From NCBI RefSeq assembly GCF_902459465.1, contig NW_022985714.1, positions 1-64,000 of the forward strand: DNA of 64,000 nt. The letters are read 5' to 3'. Under the pieces are notes generated by a model, which searched no databases, had not been told where the DNA came from, and saw only the letters and a list, made by a program, of their open reading frames with translations. The stretch comes from Asterias rubens. Lineage: Eukaryota. Both the position numbers and the translations under genes were made by a program. This document shows, in pieces, positions 22,401-33,562 of the stretch (positions are counted from its first letter, which is position 1; each line of letters begins with the position of its first letter).

Positions 22401-25400
22401 TTGAGTAGTAGAAAGTAAGGGAAATAGATAGGGAGGTCAAATCATGATTTACATACCGTCTGTGCATCGCCTGCTTGTCCCGCTTCACCGGCTTTATTCA
22501 TATTAGCCAGTGACGTGACCACGCTGGCCAAGGTACTAAGGTCTGTGGTGGTGTCTGTGGAGGCTTGAGATACCACAGCAGGGTTCTGTACATTCAGAAG
22601 GAGACCCTCCTCAAACAGTTTGGTCTTCTGCATTGGGTAGGTTGGACTTCTGTCTTGAGCTGGGCCAAACAAATCAATAAAGATATGAACATGAACGACT
22701 GAAAATAAACTCAACCTTATTCCTGACTATAGACCTTATGCATTGATTTCATCCAGCCGCCATCTTAGAGGTAAAACGTTGACGCCACAAATAAAAACAC
22801 ACAGATATGTACGCGCGACGCATGGGTTTGGCCAATAAACGGCCGCTTTTTTGAACTACAGGTGAGGGGGCCCTACTGAGATGACATCATGTGCATAAGG
22901 TCTACTGGAATCATTACGTACATTATTACAGCCATTAGTGGGAACTATTAGACCAGAAAACATTTAAAAAGTGTTTATGACAAAATAAGACATACTAAAC
23001 CATTTTGTTCCTCAACTATTTATCACTACTTTGATTTCTCATAAAGTAAAATCTGAATAACTGGCTTTAGTAGTGGCTATGGTCACAATGCTGAAAGACT
23101 TAGGATACCACCTGGAAAGCGGCCATACCAAGGATCACCTTAAGGGGGATGCAACCTTTTGTTCTAAATATCAAGAATAAACCCAATCTATGCTTATCAT
23201 TCCCTACATGACTGAAAAAAGACCATTTGAAAATTCATATGGACAGGTCTGAAAACTGTCCAGTATTCTCATCAATAATAGATAAACTAATAAAGACAAT
23301 TCAACATGAATTAGAATCAAAGTTCACCAATAAACAACCAGAAACAAAACAAAAGCAGTAATCAATGTTAAAGCACCCTGTGGATAGTTGCTGGTTAAGA
23401 GAAAATGTTTTTAGACAAGCAATAAAACCATATCAGATTTAAAGACCAGCTTGAACGGAAAGGGCAACAAGTAATCTTCGATGTAACTCATTTCCAATAC
23501 TGTGTAATCAATTAAGGAAATAGAGTTCACATCAAAGTAAACAGGTTTTTCAGTTGTAGAAAACCCAATTCTTTTCTGGAGCTTTTCAGAATTTTTTTGA
23601 GAAAAGCCCTGTGAAATCTTCCCCCATCTTAAATCATTTGTTGGAGCTCCATTTTGTATAGCCGCTTTTTTGCAATCACAAAATGACATCCCACATGCGC
23701 GAGTATACTCCAGAGGAGGTTACTGCACAAAGTAGCAAGAAGGCATAGGAAGGTAATGACGCCAAAGTATTGTAATTTTGATGCAAAACCTTGAGGCCTA
23801 TTTGATTATTACAAAAATGCAAAAGTGTAATAATATCACAACAGTTAAATGATTATTTAACACATAAACAAGTTTAACTAGCATTCCAGTTATTAAAACT
23901 GCTCGCTCAAGTAGCTATTTATAAAATGCAAGAACAATTGATTATTGTTATCTAACGGTATTCCAATGAAATCTGTAAATTTGAGTTAGTAAAAAAAGAG
24001 CAAACATATTTTAACAACATATATTGGGAGTTGACTGAGAACGTGTTAGTTGAGAAAGAGAACAGCACAGCAAAGATAATTTTAATCAAGCCTTGTTTTA
24101 ATTGACATGACAACGGGAAAATGTATTAAAATTGTTGCAATGAAAAGAAAATGTAATTTAATTATTTTGGGGTTGGCGTAAAGGAAAAACTTACAACAAC
24201 AAAAAGAATTCCGGTTAAAAACAGAGTAATCACATCCCCCATACACACAGGTATAGCATTAACCAGAAAGCAGGATGATTTAAGCAGATAAACCCATACC
24301 AAGCCATGTTGAGGTATTGCGGACACAATACTAAGGCACTTTAGGTTTGGGTAAATCTAATCATAACTCCACCCAAACCAAACAGTGCAAACCAATAGTG
24401 TTCATAATTTTTCAAAAAGGCTAAAGGATGAGTCACACTCTAGCAATAACGAAATCGATCACGACGCAAAGAGAACGCATCCTATTGGTTGAATGGGCGT
24501 GTGCGTATTCTGCGTGAAGCAATTCAACAAATAAAATGCGTTCTCTTTGCGTTGTGATCGTTATCGTTTTCGTTATCGCTGCAGTGTGACTCGGCCTTAA
24601 TTCCTTTCCATCGAGATAAGTCATCCTACATTCCTACCTGTAATGAACGTCGGTGTCGCTGTCAGAGGACTCCTGATGTCCTTGCGGATGTAGATCTTCT
24701 CCGTCGAGGCGGCACAGTTGCCGGGCGACTTCTCTCCGCGAGCTTTGAGAGGTGTACGTTCACACTGCACTACTGGGGGAAGGAAGTGTCCCAAGAAAGT
24801 GACCAATTTTCAGACTTGGTTTGCACGACTGATGAAACTGACCAAGGGATACATTACATTGCATCAGGGACCAAAATCATAGAGCTGCAAAGGTGCTAAG
24901 CACAGTACTATTCTGCATAGCAGAAACCAGCCGGTGTTCCAACTAATATATGATGTTTGTAAACTTTTCAGCTCAGCAAAATTAACACTTCTACTAAGCA
25001 GCTCTTTTTCATATTGGTCCCTGACCCAAAGTGTTTAATAAATTCATACCAATTTTCTGTAATTTATAAAATTACTAATTGCACTGGGTTTTTTGTGTGT
25101 TTTTTTTTCAATTATAATGTGTGTCGATGGTTGCAATAAATGGAACCCTGAATGGTTCTAAATTCTCAAGAAAAGAATAGTAAAAATAAATAAATAAATA
25201 AAGCTAATCAAGTGACAGACATTCCACCCTTGATTATACTACTCACATTCCGATTTCATTCCAACGAGCAGGCATTTCTGAAGCCGGCAAAACTGGCACC
25301 GGTTGCGATGGTGTTTGTTGATTGGGCAGTCCTTGTTGCCGCGGCAACTGTAGCCCAAGCTTTTCCTGATGCTGCGCTTGAAGAAACCCTTACAGCCCTC

Positions 25401-28400
25401 ACAGCTGATGGCCCCATAATGCCGACCTTGATGGAGACATAACAAATTGATTAAAATCAATTCTCAATAAGTAGGATTTGAAATCTATGATGGTAACACA
25501 ATCTAGTGAGAACCAGGTGCCAATTTCACAGAGAGCTACGATTGATCTTAACTGCAATTCAATCGTAGTTGCTAAGTAAAGTGTGATGTCACAATACAAA
25601 TCACTTTAGTAATGCTGACATTTGATTTAACGATGGGTTTGACTGCTTTGTGAAATCTAGCACTGGGGCCAATTTCACAAAGAGCTAAGATAGATCGTTA
25701 CTGCAAATCAATCATAGTTCTAAGTAAAGTGTGATATCACAATGCAAATCACCATGGTAATACTGACAATTTTGTCTTGCGATGAATTTTATTGCTTTGT
25801 GAAATTGGCCCCAATTTCATTGGGTGCTTAACCACAAAAAGTAGTTAAGCATAACAAAATTATGCTTACCAGAATAAGGTTACCAGTCAAACTGCCATGC
25901 TACTCATTTCTAATTAGCAGACAATTGTGAAGCAATATATTTTGCTTAAGCAGCTCTATTGTCCCAATTTCATGGAACTGCTTCAGCACAAAAGCTAGCA
26001 AAGGTTACCAGCCAAAATACAATGTCACATGTACAATATATGACTGGTATCCTGCATACTTCTGCTTAATAGAAATTTGTTTAGCATACTTTTCTGCTTA
26101 AGCAGCTCTGTGAAATTTGGTCCAGGGCAGTTTTATGCCACCACAGAAATCTGCACTGACAAGGACCTGTAAAGACAAGGATCCTCAGGCTGAAAGTGCA
26201 GAATTCCGCAGTAAGCAGTGCTATGAAATTGGGCATAATACAATATGATTTTTAAAGGCAGTGGACACTATTGGTAATTACTCACTAAATGGCATAAAAC
26301 CTTACTTTGTAACGCTTAATGGGGAGCTGTTGATAGTAAAAAAACATTGTGAGAAACGGCTTCCTCTGAAGTAATGTAGTTTTCGAGAAAGAAGTAATTT
26401 TCAATGAATTTGATTTTGAGACCTCAGATTTAGAATTTGAGGTCTCGAAATCAAGCAACTGAAAGCACACAACTTCGTGTTACAAGGGTGTTTTTTTTTA
26501 ATTATCTCGCAACTTCGACGATCGTTTGAGCTCAAATTTTCACAGGTTTATTATTTTGTGCATATGTTGAGATGCACCAAGTGAGAAGACTGATCTTTGA
26601 CTGTGTGTGAAAAACAGGCACTAGCTGCAGAAAAGGCTGCCCTTATATGAGCATATTTCACAGATTAGCAAGGCTTTTTTAGCGCACATGCCTACACCAT
26701 GTTATTAAGAGCTCTTTTGTTTTACACGGCCAGCACAGATATTCAGCCCTTACTTGTCACACAAGCAACTTTTAGAGGCAACCAAGTGCAGTGCATCCTA
26801 CAGGGCTACTTCAGTAGCACTCAAGTAACTTTTCTAAAAATATCTTACAATCCCGAAGAACGACTTAGTGACCGTTTAAATGTGAGACTGCCTGGAACTG
26901 GTTGCCTGTAAATTGTCTCGGGTGACATGGGCCTCACCCTGTAAGTGGAGAATGGTGACCCTAAGTGCAGACTTCTGTCATTAGCCTTTTTGAGGTATGG
27001 TAGACACTATAGGAGTGCACTGTGTTGGTTTGGGTTAATTCAGTCAAATTAACAATGATGACAGTGATAATAATATTAGGCATTTATAGAGCACTCTTAC
27101 ACAGGGTACCACAGTGCTTTTCAAGACTCTAAACAATGAGCAACTAAATAAACCCAAACTTAATAGTGTCATAGGCTTGTATCCACCATATATCAAAATG
27201 GCTCATTAGCACAGCCATGACATTGGGCCCTGATTGAACTCACCTGATGCATTGTCTCCACATACCATACATGGTTCAATGGGGCGCTGTGCTGGCTTTC
27301 GATCCACACCCATGGTCTTCATTGCCATCTCATCAATAGTAGCCTGATGGTCAACGCGGACCAACTGCTCCACTGTGTGCTGGTTAATTTGAACCTGCTG
27401 CACCTACAAGACAAACAGCTCATTTCATTAACCCCTCCTTTAACAACTCGCTATCGGCCTTGGAATTTCATTATTGAGAAGGCAAGGCCATTTTTTTTTT
27501 GCAAAGGGCAATCAGGGGGACATTGTTTTTTAAATGTCTATATACCAATTCAGGCGAGCACTGGGCGCGCAAGTGTTGAGCACCGCGGCCATTGCTGAGG
27601 TAACATGTGCCTAGTTTTGTGCACAGAGACATGAGGAAATCACGTTCTTTTCACCCTTTATGGAAATTAAATGTTTTCCTCAACGACTATCACAATTTCC
27701 TTGCCAATATCCAATCACAACAGCATTATAAGGTGGGGATGTGTATTTCTGTATTATACCTTATATGTGTCAATGTGAACCTGTTGACCGGGTACTTGGT
27801 TGATAGGCTGACCAGAACTCACCATGTGACCTGGCATTTTGACCACTTGATGGACGGTACCAGGCGGCATCTGCTGCACGATGTGTTGAACAAATTGTTG
27901 CGACACCTTGGGAAATAACACACATTGAAGATTACATTGTGTATTCAGTAGACTCAGAATCAGAATAAGCCAAGCGTACACAGCTTTTCTTTTATAAATA
28001 TCTATCCGCAACAGACGACCGCTATTCCAATACACTCACAACTTACGTAACCAAACATAGCTCTAGCAGCAGAGTCATTGAGCTACATGTATCAACGAAC
28101 ATAACACGGGTGGGTTATAATGGGGTACACAGTGCTTGAGGGTAGCTCCCAAAATGTTCCAATACTTGAACCAGGCCTGTATGCTTCGTTTTTGAAAGAG
28201 CAAGGGCATCAAGGCATTTCCTCCATTGGCACCCTATGAGGAAATTGAAAATTTCTACTGAAGCATTTCAAGGGCATCAAGGCAATGACAAGGAAGAATG
28301 GCATGGAAGAAATCGCCTTCATTGCCTCCGTGAAGTATCAGGCCTACTTGAACACTCTTTTCCTCTTGCAAGCATTCAAGCATAGTTTATGAAACACAGT

Positions 28401-31400
28401 ACATTACTCTGCCCCCCCCCCTTAAAAAAAAAACAGGAAAAAATACGCTGCTCTTTAAAATGCAGCGTCACAATTCTGTTTTACAGACAGTGTGTAACAA
28501 CTCAGACATTTTACAAAATGTCTTTACCATGTTTGTTTTTGAAGTGATAACTCTGAAGTTGGAGAGTTGCAGGAATTATGCACATTTCTAAAAAGCTTAA
28601 AATTACAATTATCAGGAAGTAAGTGCCTTGCTGAACAATCCAAAGCATCAAAGCATATCGCTGCTTTACAATGTGTCACATTCGGCATGATAAACAAACA
28701 ATTACCTGCTGAACGTCCTGAACTTCATGTATTTGATTAGGCTGGGAGACCTGTCCAAATAATCAAAACACAAACACTTTAGCGGACGTATCATTCTGTT
28801 AAATATATTGGATGAAAGGTCAAACTGTACAGGGATGTGATAGGCTGTTGAAAAAAACCTGAACTTTGAGCCAAAAGCATGTGAGTGAAAAGCGTGAAAG
28901 CTTGGGAGTGTAAATGCGAAGCCTGCTTACATACATTTATATTTGGCTTTGAAAGCGCTGCTCTGCAATCTGGGGTATTCTATATGGGTTTATCTTCATT
29001 TTTTTATAAATTTGTTTTTAATTTTTTTTTATGGGCGTGACACACGACCTTGCACCTGTTCTTATAAGACAGTTTCTTCATTCCTATTGGTCGAGAGCAG
29101 CTGCTGAAACAGTTGTGCCACATCACGCAATACGCGCGACGCGCACAGCATTCCCTTAAAGGAGTTGTTTACCCGAGGGCGGCGAAGGGCTTTACCATTT
29201 CATAGCTGGAGGAGTGTTGTGTTGAAAGAAATCATTTAACAATTATAGTTTTTGCATTTATTTTACTTTTTGAACAAAAAATGATGATGTTTTTGACCGA
29301 AAAGGTATTTATGAATGGGAATCAAAGTGTGTTGAATCGGTTTTCAACTAGTGATTTAAAGGAACACGTTGCCTTGGATCGGACGAGTTGATCTATAAAA
29401 AAAGAGTTTGTAACCGTTTGTTATAAAATGCATATGGTTGGAAAGATGTTTTAAAAGTAGAATACAATGATCCACACAAGTTTGCCTCGAAATTGCGTGG
29501 TTTTCCTTTTACTGTGCGAACTAACACGGTCGGCCATTTATGGGAGTAAAAAATTTGACTCCCATAAATGGCCGACTGTGTTAGTCGACGAGGTAAAAGG
29601 AAAACCGTGCAATTTCGAGGCATGTTTGTGTGGATCATTGTATTCTACTTTTACAGCATATTTCTACCCATATGCATTTTATAACAAACGCTTCTCAAAG
29701 ACCAACTCGACCGATCCAAGGCAACGTGTTCCTTTAAACCTGCCGAGGCCTGGTTCTTTATAATTTATCAAGAACCAGGCCTCGTTGGGATTAAACCACT
29801 AGTTGAAAACCTCTTCAACACACATTGATTCCCTTAGTAAAGATGGCCTTTTTACCAATTCCAATCTATGTATGAAACGTCACTAAACAATTGTGAGCTT
29901 GATCTCCATTTTATAGCCATACATTAAAATTAGTAAAAATGAACATCTTTGCTGAAGCAATACAATACTGTCTAAACCAATATTGAATGTTAGTCCTACC
30001 TGTTCATTTGTTATTTGCTCAATAACATGATGCACCTCTTGCCCGCTGCTCTGTGGGACCTGCACAGGGAATGAAACAAATTGTCATAGGGCCTAATTTC
30101 ATAGTGCTGCTAAATGGTAAGCAAATTTTTGTGCTTACTGTAGCAGAACAATTTGCTAAGGTGCAAGCATATTTCGCAGGTTAGCAGAAAAACTGGGCGG
30201 ACATATTGTGCGTTTACCATGGATTTGCACTGTGACAGCTTTTATTTTCGTGCGGTAAGCACCAGAAGGTTAGCATGCCTTTTCGTGTGCTTACAGTTAG
30301 CAGCGCTATGAACATGAAATGGAAATCGCAGTTAGCACAAAATCAGCCGCTAAGCAGCTCTATGAAATTGGGCCCTGGTCGGCTACAGAGACCCTAATTA
30401 AGTTCCTATATTACTTCAATGACACCAAATGTAACCAGTCACAACTGTTAAACCAAGTTCACTTGATATGAAGATAATGTGAACGTAGAGTGTAGGGTAG
30501 CTATTTGCCAGTATGCAATAAACTCAGGAAGTCATCGTTAGAATTGCAGTCACCTGCTTCAGACCTCATTCAAAGGGAACTTCAATCAGAGCACACGCCA
30601 AATTACATACAACTGCTTCATCAAAAATAGTAAGCACAATAAAATTATGCTTACCAGAATAAGGTTACCAGGCCAGTATGCTCCGTTTCTGAAAGGGCAA
30701 GGGCTACAAGGCATTTTCTCGGTAAGGGGCACCCTATGAGGAAATTTCAAACTTATACTTGAGAATTTTAAGGGCACCAAGGCAATGACCAGGGCATGGA
30801 GGCAACTGCCTTTGATGCCTCTGTAAAGTGTCAAGCCTGGGTGACTGGCCAAGTACCATGTTAAACAAACCATCTGTGAGTGGTATTCTGCTAAGCAGAA
30901 AGTTGGTGCGATATTTTTAACTTGAGGCAAAAGTTGTGCCCTAATTTCAAGGGGATCATTTTCAAGTGGCACCAAGGCAACACTAGGGCAACAAACAGAC
31001 ACCATGGCCTCGCCATCCACTCACTCACCTGTTCCATATACATCACCTCCTGTAGTTGATTCTCTTGGGGGATCTTGAATAGGAAACACACACAGACAAT
31101 TACACAATACACATTATTAATATGGTCTTTCTTCACATAAAGATTCTCCAATAAGCCATTTGCGTGTTAGATTTGAAAAATATCTGGTACAATAACTTGC
31201 TTGGTCACAAGTTACCACTTAAGCTTGAATTCATCAGGTAGTCAAGACAGTTGCTTTGTCACATGATTAGGGCAAGCTTTTGCATAGTTACGTGAGAGAT
31301 GGTGAACTCCCATACATATTTTGAATGGATGTGTATGGCACAATGGAACCAGGGTCTGCTCATCTGTAGGTTGCTGTGTGTGGGTAACAACATTCTTTAC

Positions 31401-33177
31401 CATTGCCTAGGTGCCACTTGAAATGATCCCACTTCATGATCACACTGAAATGATCCCACTTAAGGTTTAGCAAGTACTTTTTGGAACAGTAAAGGATGTA
31501 TTTGTTGGGTTATGTTGGTTACAGTATTTATGATAATGGGTCACCCCTTTTTTCCGATGGCTGTTCGAACACACAGAATGACGTTTTTTTTTAAAGACCT
31601 TTTTGTTTTGGCAAATTGTTCTCAAAGCATGACTTTGATTGGCTAGACAACCTGCTTAAGAGTTTAACATTCATCACGATCGACAAAAATCTGTTAATGT
31701 AAATTTTAACATTACAACTTTAGCCTAAAACACCACAATGCAAAAACTTCATTACAGTGGCATAGACCAGGTGCCCCCTTTCACAACCCTTGCCCTCCAC
31801 TTGCCCCCACAAATGAGATTGATAAATCACAATAAATGGATCCATACAATTTATAGCCCCCTAAATTATGCCTTTGCCCGATCAAGTGAAAATGTTTGGT
31901 GACACAACTAATTCTTAACAGCTGTAAAAAAAACTTTAAAAAACGAACATTTAAACACTTTTCACACAACACAAATTCCCAGGTGAACGAAACCTAGGAA
32001 ATTTTGGGTGAATTTCAACCCTATAGCCACCCTATGTCTGTGTCACACCTGATCCAGTTTTTTTCCCTGAAACAAATGCACACTCAAGATGCTAGCCCCG
32101 GGTTACCTCGCTTAACCCCCACTCATCAGCAAGGGTAGCTACCTTCTGAGAAAAGTTTTTCCTGCAAGTCTGTTGTGAGAGGGTTAGCAGTTCAAGTGTG
32201 AAAAGATCAAATAAATGTTTCTAGGAAACTGTGTTGTTTGAAAGGGGCCGTTTGGGGTGACTATAGGCCACAACTACATTGTGTATAAGTGGCCCTTGGC
32301 CATGGGTAAGAGGTTGAAGAATACGCCTTTGTAGTGATGTACAGTAGCTGCAGCACAAGATGGTCTGCATTTTTGGGTACAAGGTTGAAGAGATCTCTGT
32401 AGTGTTCTAGCCAATCACATAGCTGCAGCGAAAGCAGCTAAATCCTGTGTTAGCTACGCAAATTTGGTGGTATCAATGAGAAACATTTGTCAATATTACA
32501 AAAACATTGATAGCAAAGTTCGTTGACTGAACAAACAAAAAGCAGGCTATGAATTGTGCCATGCAAAAGCAAAATTAATAAAATTTTTTCAGACAAGGAA
32601 ACAAATACAAACACAACAAAAAACACAAAACAAAAACAATGCAGTAGTACTAAAGGACATATATCTGAGTGTGCTTTGTGCCTCTCTCCAGTAGTGGTGG
32701 TGAGAATAGTCAAAAGGATAGTACAACATTACTTAAGGGCTTTCTGGTGGGGTTTTCACACTGGTCATATTACATGAGACATTTTACATTACAAGTCTTA
32801 CTTTCCAAATAAATTCAAGAGTTACAGCTGAACTCATTTTAAGATTTGCCTCCTTTCTTTAAATCAAAAGTTGATAAAATACAGGCAATGAAATCTCTCT
32901 TAAATATAACATTTAATGTTTTCCCTACAGTGCTTGCAGGAAGTCCAGGCTATGTGTTCGTTTGCAAATGCAGTGTTACAGGTTAAATGGTCTATACTGA
33001 ATGCTAACTTTATAGTTGATGTTGTACTATCCCTTTAGAATTGTGAAAACAAAAGTGATGTGTGCTTTCAATTTCAGGGTTTACCTCCTCTGCCACCTCT
33101 TCCTGTATTATTTGGTGTTCCACAACCTCCATCACAGGTTCTTCTTCAACCTCTTGACTAACCTGCATGCTGTCCAT
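13484..33177 (-). CDS. NR2C2: Orphan nuclear receptor TR2/TR4 (single NR2C1/NR2C2 pro-ortholog, SpSHR2-like), 14 coding exons, about 667 aa
   Basis: Exons 5'->3': 33177-33085, 31073-31029, 30059-30000, 28750-28706, 27906-27760, 27403-27244, 25426-25247, 24772-24638, 22659-22457, 21987-21848, 18959-18732, 18149-18010, 14625-14488, 13773-13484; GT-AG, phases consistent. [34 protein letters not shown]...[11 protein letters not shown]2C signatures [59 protein letters not shown] and [24 protein letters not shown]. Confidence 0.95.
15866..16301. mobile_element. Two tandem Harbinger-like MITEs sharing a CTG site
   Basis: GGCCCAATTTCA...TGAAATTGG(G)CC termini; junction GGCCC-CTG-GGCCC at 16103-16115. 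Confidence 0.7.
16556..16743. mobile_element. Dispersed MITE family (CAGGCCTG ends; GGTGCCCTT-rich)
   Basis: Inverted copy at 28172-28345; partial copies near 8490, 30690-30840 and 42660-42790. Confidence 0.6.
18232..18345 (-). mobile_element. Penelope-like element terminal remnant with a degenerate hammerhead-like motif
   Basis: Minus strand reads CCTTCGGGAAC-GACTCTGCTTGGGTC-AAAA-CGTC; shares its upstream part with 31183-31230. Confidence 0.45.
19127..20523. mobile_element. 1.4-kb non-autonomous TIR element (TGT...ACA ends)
   Basis: TGTGACCCGCTCTAACGAAATGAGGAATGTCTAGT / ACTAGACATTCCTCATTCCGTCAGAGCGGGTCACA; no transposase motif in the internal ORFs. Confidence 0.7.
20568..20955. mobile_element. 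TTAA-flanked MITE family A (Kolobok/piggyBac-type target)
   Basis: TTAA-AGGAACACGTTGCC...GGCAAC(A)CGTGCCT-TTAA; other copies at 21457-21744 (internally deleted) and 29356-29737. Confidence 0.8.
21457..21744. mobile_element. TTAA-flanked MITE family A, deletion derivative
   Basis: Same TIRs as 20568-20955, opposite orientation of the internal sequence. Confidence 0.8.
24430..24592. mobile_element. MITE-like long fold-back
   Basis: Arms GAGTCACACT..AATAACGAAA..CGATCACGACGCAAAGAGAACGCAT / ATGCGTTCTCTTTGCGTTGTGATCG..TTTCGTTAT..AGTGTGACTC. Confidence 0.7.
25515..26235. mobile_element. Stack of about 5 Harbinger-like MITEs
   Basis: Successive CCAATTTCA...TGAAAT(T/C) units at about 25515, 25666, 25811, 25962 and 26126. 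Confidence 0.6.
26252..26600. mobile_element. TTAA-flanked MITE family B (truncated)
   Basis: TTAAAGGCAGTGGACACTATTGGTAATT end; full copies at 58750-59122 and 63181-63859. Confidence 0.75.
29317..29833. mobile_element. Fold-back element with MITE family A nested at its TTAA (29356-29737)
   Basis: Outer arms GGGAATCAAAGTGTGTTGAATCGGTTTTCAACTAGTG / CACTAGTTGAAAACCTCTTCAACACACATTGATTCCC; inner hairpin CGAGGCCTGGTTCTT / AAGAACCAGGCCTCG. Confidence 0.7.
30088..30373. mobile_element. Harbinger-like MITE
   Basis: GGCCTAATTTCATAG...CTATGAAATTGGGCC followed by CTG. Confidence 0.65.
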
Positions 33178-33339
33178 GGTGAAACCCTAGTTGTCTTCAC
33201 CTCATGCGATGAACAGATTGCAAAATAGAACCAAACCCTGCTGGGGATGAGGGAAAACCGAGACATAAGGATTAGTGAGAAACTTACCTATTGTTTAAAG
33301 CTTTGCATGGTGTGGATAAATAGGAAGAAACTTTAAATA

Positions 33340-33562
33340 AATAAATAGTAAACTTGTGGGTACAACCATGTGTACATCTCTTTTTTTGTGGGAGTGTTAG
33401 ATCTGACGTTTCGAACAGTATACTCTGCTAGTCTTCACGAATACTGAAGACGAACAGAGTATAGTACTGTTCAAAACTCTGAGACCACACCGGTTCTTTT
33501 CAGAGCCACACTCCCCCCAAAAGAGATGCACATGGCTGTACGAGCAAGTTTACTATTATTTA
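33340..33562. mobile_element. Palindromic Penelope-like remnant containing two degenerate type I hammerhead motifs
   Basis: Arms of about 60 bp (AATAGTAAACTTG..TACA.CCATGTG.ACATCTCTTTT..GGGAGTGT and its complement); minus-strand motif at 33403-33438, plus-strand motif at 33444-33482. Confidence 0.6.

Noticed and set aside
30586-31151. 144-aa and 86-aa minus-strand ORFs
   Set aside because: Mostly MITE sequence; only the 45-nt exon 31073-31029 is supported by splice sites.
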